Both the position numbers and the translations under genes were made by a program. Positions 35,515-37,765 of a stretch of 37,765 nt of DNA are shown here, piece after piece. This stretch comes from Octopus sinensis (lineage: Eukaryota), in contig NW_021835852.1 in assembly GCF_006345805.1 (NCBI RefSeq), positions 1-37,765 on the forward strand, given 5' to 3'. Position 1 is the stretch's first letter. Every line of letters begins with the position of its first letter. Below the pieces are notes generated by a model. The model was not told the DNA's origin. It searched no databases and saw only the letters and a program-made list of their open reading frames with translations.

Positions 35515-36297
35515 TAATGTTTCCATCCCTTTCTGGGATTTATCATGATTTAGCATATATATTTATGCGTGCGTGCGCGCATACATACACACACGCACGC
35601 ACACACACACATATATGTGTGTGTGTGTGTGTGTGTATGAAGAAAGATTAAGCATGATAAGCCACACAGGAAGTGATACCAACAAGATGACCATAGTCTG
35701 TCACTAGCCATTAATTGAATGGTCATTTGAATGGTCAAGGCCATTTCGGTGCATTGTGCATAGGTATGGTTTTAGTAATTCTGTCTTTTTTATATTTGCT
35801 TTGAACTTTGACCTCTCTCTTTCTATCTTTTTATTTTCTTTCTCATTCTGAACTGGTGCATTGTTTTTGTTTTTTCTAATTCTTTTTATCAAGTTGTGTT
35901 CCATCAATAATTTATTGTTTAGCTATATTTTTATTCCGTTTCTCTTTTACAGTATAATTAATTGCAAGTTGACTTTAGGGGTTCATCAGCAGTTAATCTC
36001 CTCTTCTGCACAATTATGGCTAAGATTAGAAAAATAATAAACGATAATTATAGACATTTCCATCTTCCCCTAAATGCTCATATCACATGTTGAAATTAGG
36101 GCAACTTCCGTTGTGCTTAAATGTCAACGAAATCTGACGGTAGCGAGCTTAAATGCCCAAAAGGGATTTGAAGCTCTTAGCAACGTGAAGTCATTTGATT
36201 TTATTATTGTTAAAATATAAAAGATTTAAAGGTACTCTATGTAGGCTATATTGCATGTCACAATGACATGAAAATAGCTTCTGTTGTGTTTCATCCA

Positions 36298-36606
36298 TTA
36301 TTTGTTTCAGTCAATTGGACTGCGGCCATGCCGAAGCAACATCTTGAAGAATTTTAGTGGAAGGAATCGACCCCAGCAATTTTTTAAAGCTTTGTACTTA
36401 TCTTATTGCTTCCTCTTGGTGAACCGCTAAGTTACGGCGATCTTGACATCTACTGTTAGGAGATGATGGGAACAGTGGCTGTGTGGTAAGAAGCTTGCTT
36501 CCCAACCACAAGGTTCAGGTTCAGTCCCTCTGCGTGGCACCTTCTACTATGGCCTCGGGCCGACCAAAGTCTTGTGATTGGATTTATATATATATATATA
36601 TATATA

Positions 36607-36646
<40 letters not shown>

Positions 36647-36836
36647 CCTTCCATTACTTGACAATTGATGTTGGTGACTTTACGCCTCCGTAAGATAGCG
36701 ATTCAGCAAAAGAGACCGATATAATAAGTACTAAGCTTATAAATAATAAGTCCTGGGGTCGAGTTCTTCCACTCAAAAACCTTAAATGAGGTGCCCCACC
36801 ATGGCCGCTGTCAAATGACTGAAACAAATAAAAGAA
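36298..36836. mobile_element. SINE family B 3' half (-, 36298-36440) and near-full copy (+, 36475-36836)
   Basis: Matches to the 33709-34106 sequence in opposite orientations. Confidence 0.8.
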
Positions 36837-36838
36837 AT

Positions 36839-36891
<53 letters not shown>

Positions 36892-37071
36892 CATATATAC
36901 GTACAAGCATACACATACACGTACACACAAGCATATACAAGGAGAACATGTACACGTTAATATATATTTGCTGCGTGTTTGTGTATATATTCATATATAC
37001 ATTGTGTAAACAAACGGAAGAAAAGATAGTTCCATTTCTATATATATAGACTAAAGAATGCGCGCACGCAT

Positions 37072-37105
<34 letters not shown>

Positions 37106-37313
37106 GCACGCAAACGTACACGCACACACATGCATACAAGCAAGAGTTTATTGTTCAGTGGAGGCGACAGAGGGACGTAAATGTGTACAGTTAAAGTAAG
37201 AGGGGCTCTTCCTGGATATGGTCACGCATCAGTGACAGGCGAAACAACATGACAGGAATTCTGGTTCACTGGAGACGTGACACTGTACACATTACACGAA
37301 GATTCATATCCTC

Positions 37314-37348
<35 letters not shown>

Positions 37349-37470
37349 CTTTCATATAACCACCCACACTGCTATTTCTTTATGTTCGTATATATTTGGT
37401 TTCCCCTATGCTTCAACAAAGCTAGATAACTATCTTTCCTTGTCCATAATATTTCCTGCCACTTTAAGTC

Positions 37471-37765
37471 GGCGAGCTGGCAGAAACGTTAAGCACGCCA
37501 GGCGAAATGCTTATGCCGTAACGTTCTGAGTTCAAATTCCGACGAGGTTGACTTTGCCTTTCATCGTTTCAGGGTCGATAAATTAAATACCAGTCAAGCA
37601 CTGGGGTCGATGTAATCGGCTTACTCCGTTTGTCTGTCCCTTCTATGTTTAGCCCCTTGTGGGCAATAAAGAAATAAGAAACGTTAGCATGCCGGGCGAA
37701 ATGCATTCTGTGATCAAATTTCGCCGAGGTCGACTTTGCCTTTGATCCTTTCGGGGTCGATAAAT
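37471..37765 (+). mobile_element. SINE family A dimer, runs off the window end
   Basis: GGCGAGCTGGCAGAAACG head; junction at about 37678. Confidence 0.85.

Overview
This is AT-rich, microsatellite- and SINE-saturated eukaryotic DNA. It is most likely intronic or intergenic sequence from an octopus; this is inferred from recalled SINE consensus sequences, not from a search. No intact host protein-coding gene is supported, and nearly all listed ORFs are microsatellite or SINE artefacts. Coding-derived content: a young 5'-truncated CR1-like LINE with an open RT frame (16.7-18.2 kb), an intronless 5'-truncated NAA50 retrocopy (19.3-19.8 kb, minus), a decayed R4/Dong-like RT (20.1-20.8 kb) and three Penelope-like element (PLE) remnants. 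Other mobile elements: a fold-back mariner derivative, two non-autonomous Helitron-like elements and dozens of tRNA-derived SINE copies. The most notable observations are hammerhead-ribozyme-like motifs (best at 1274-1316), a multi-level nested insertion inside a SINE's internal microsatellite (12.1-14.4 kb), a 1.8-kb unit bounded by long inverted repeats around a PLE relic, recurrent fixed-junction SINE multimers and a pre-miRNA-like hairpin. All alignments were done by eye, so boundaries are approximate.
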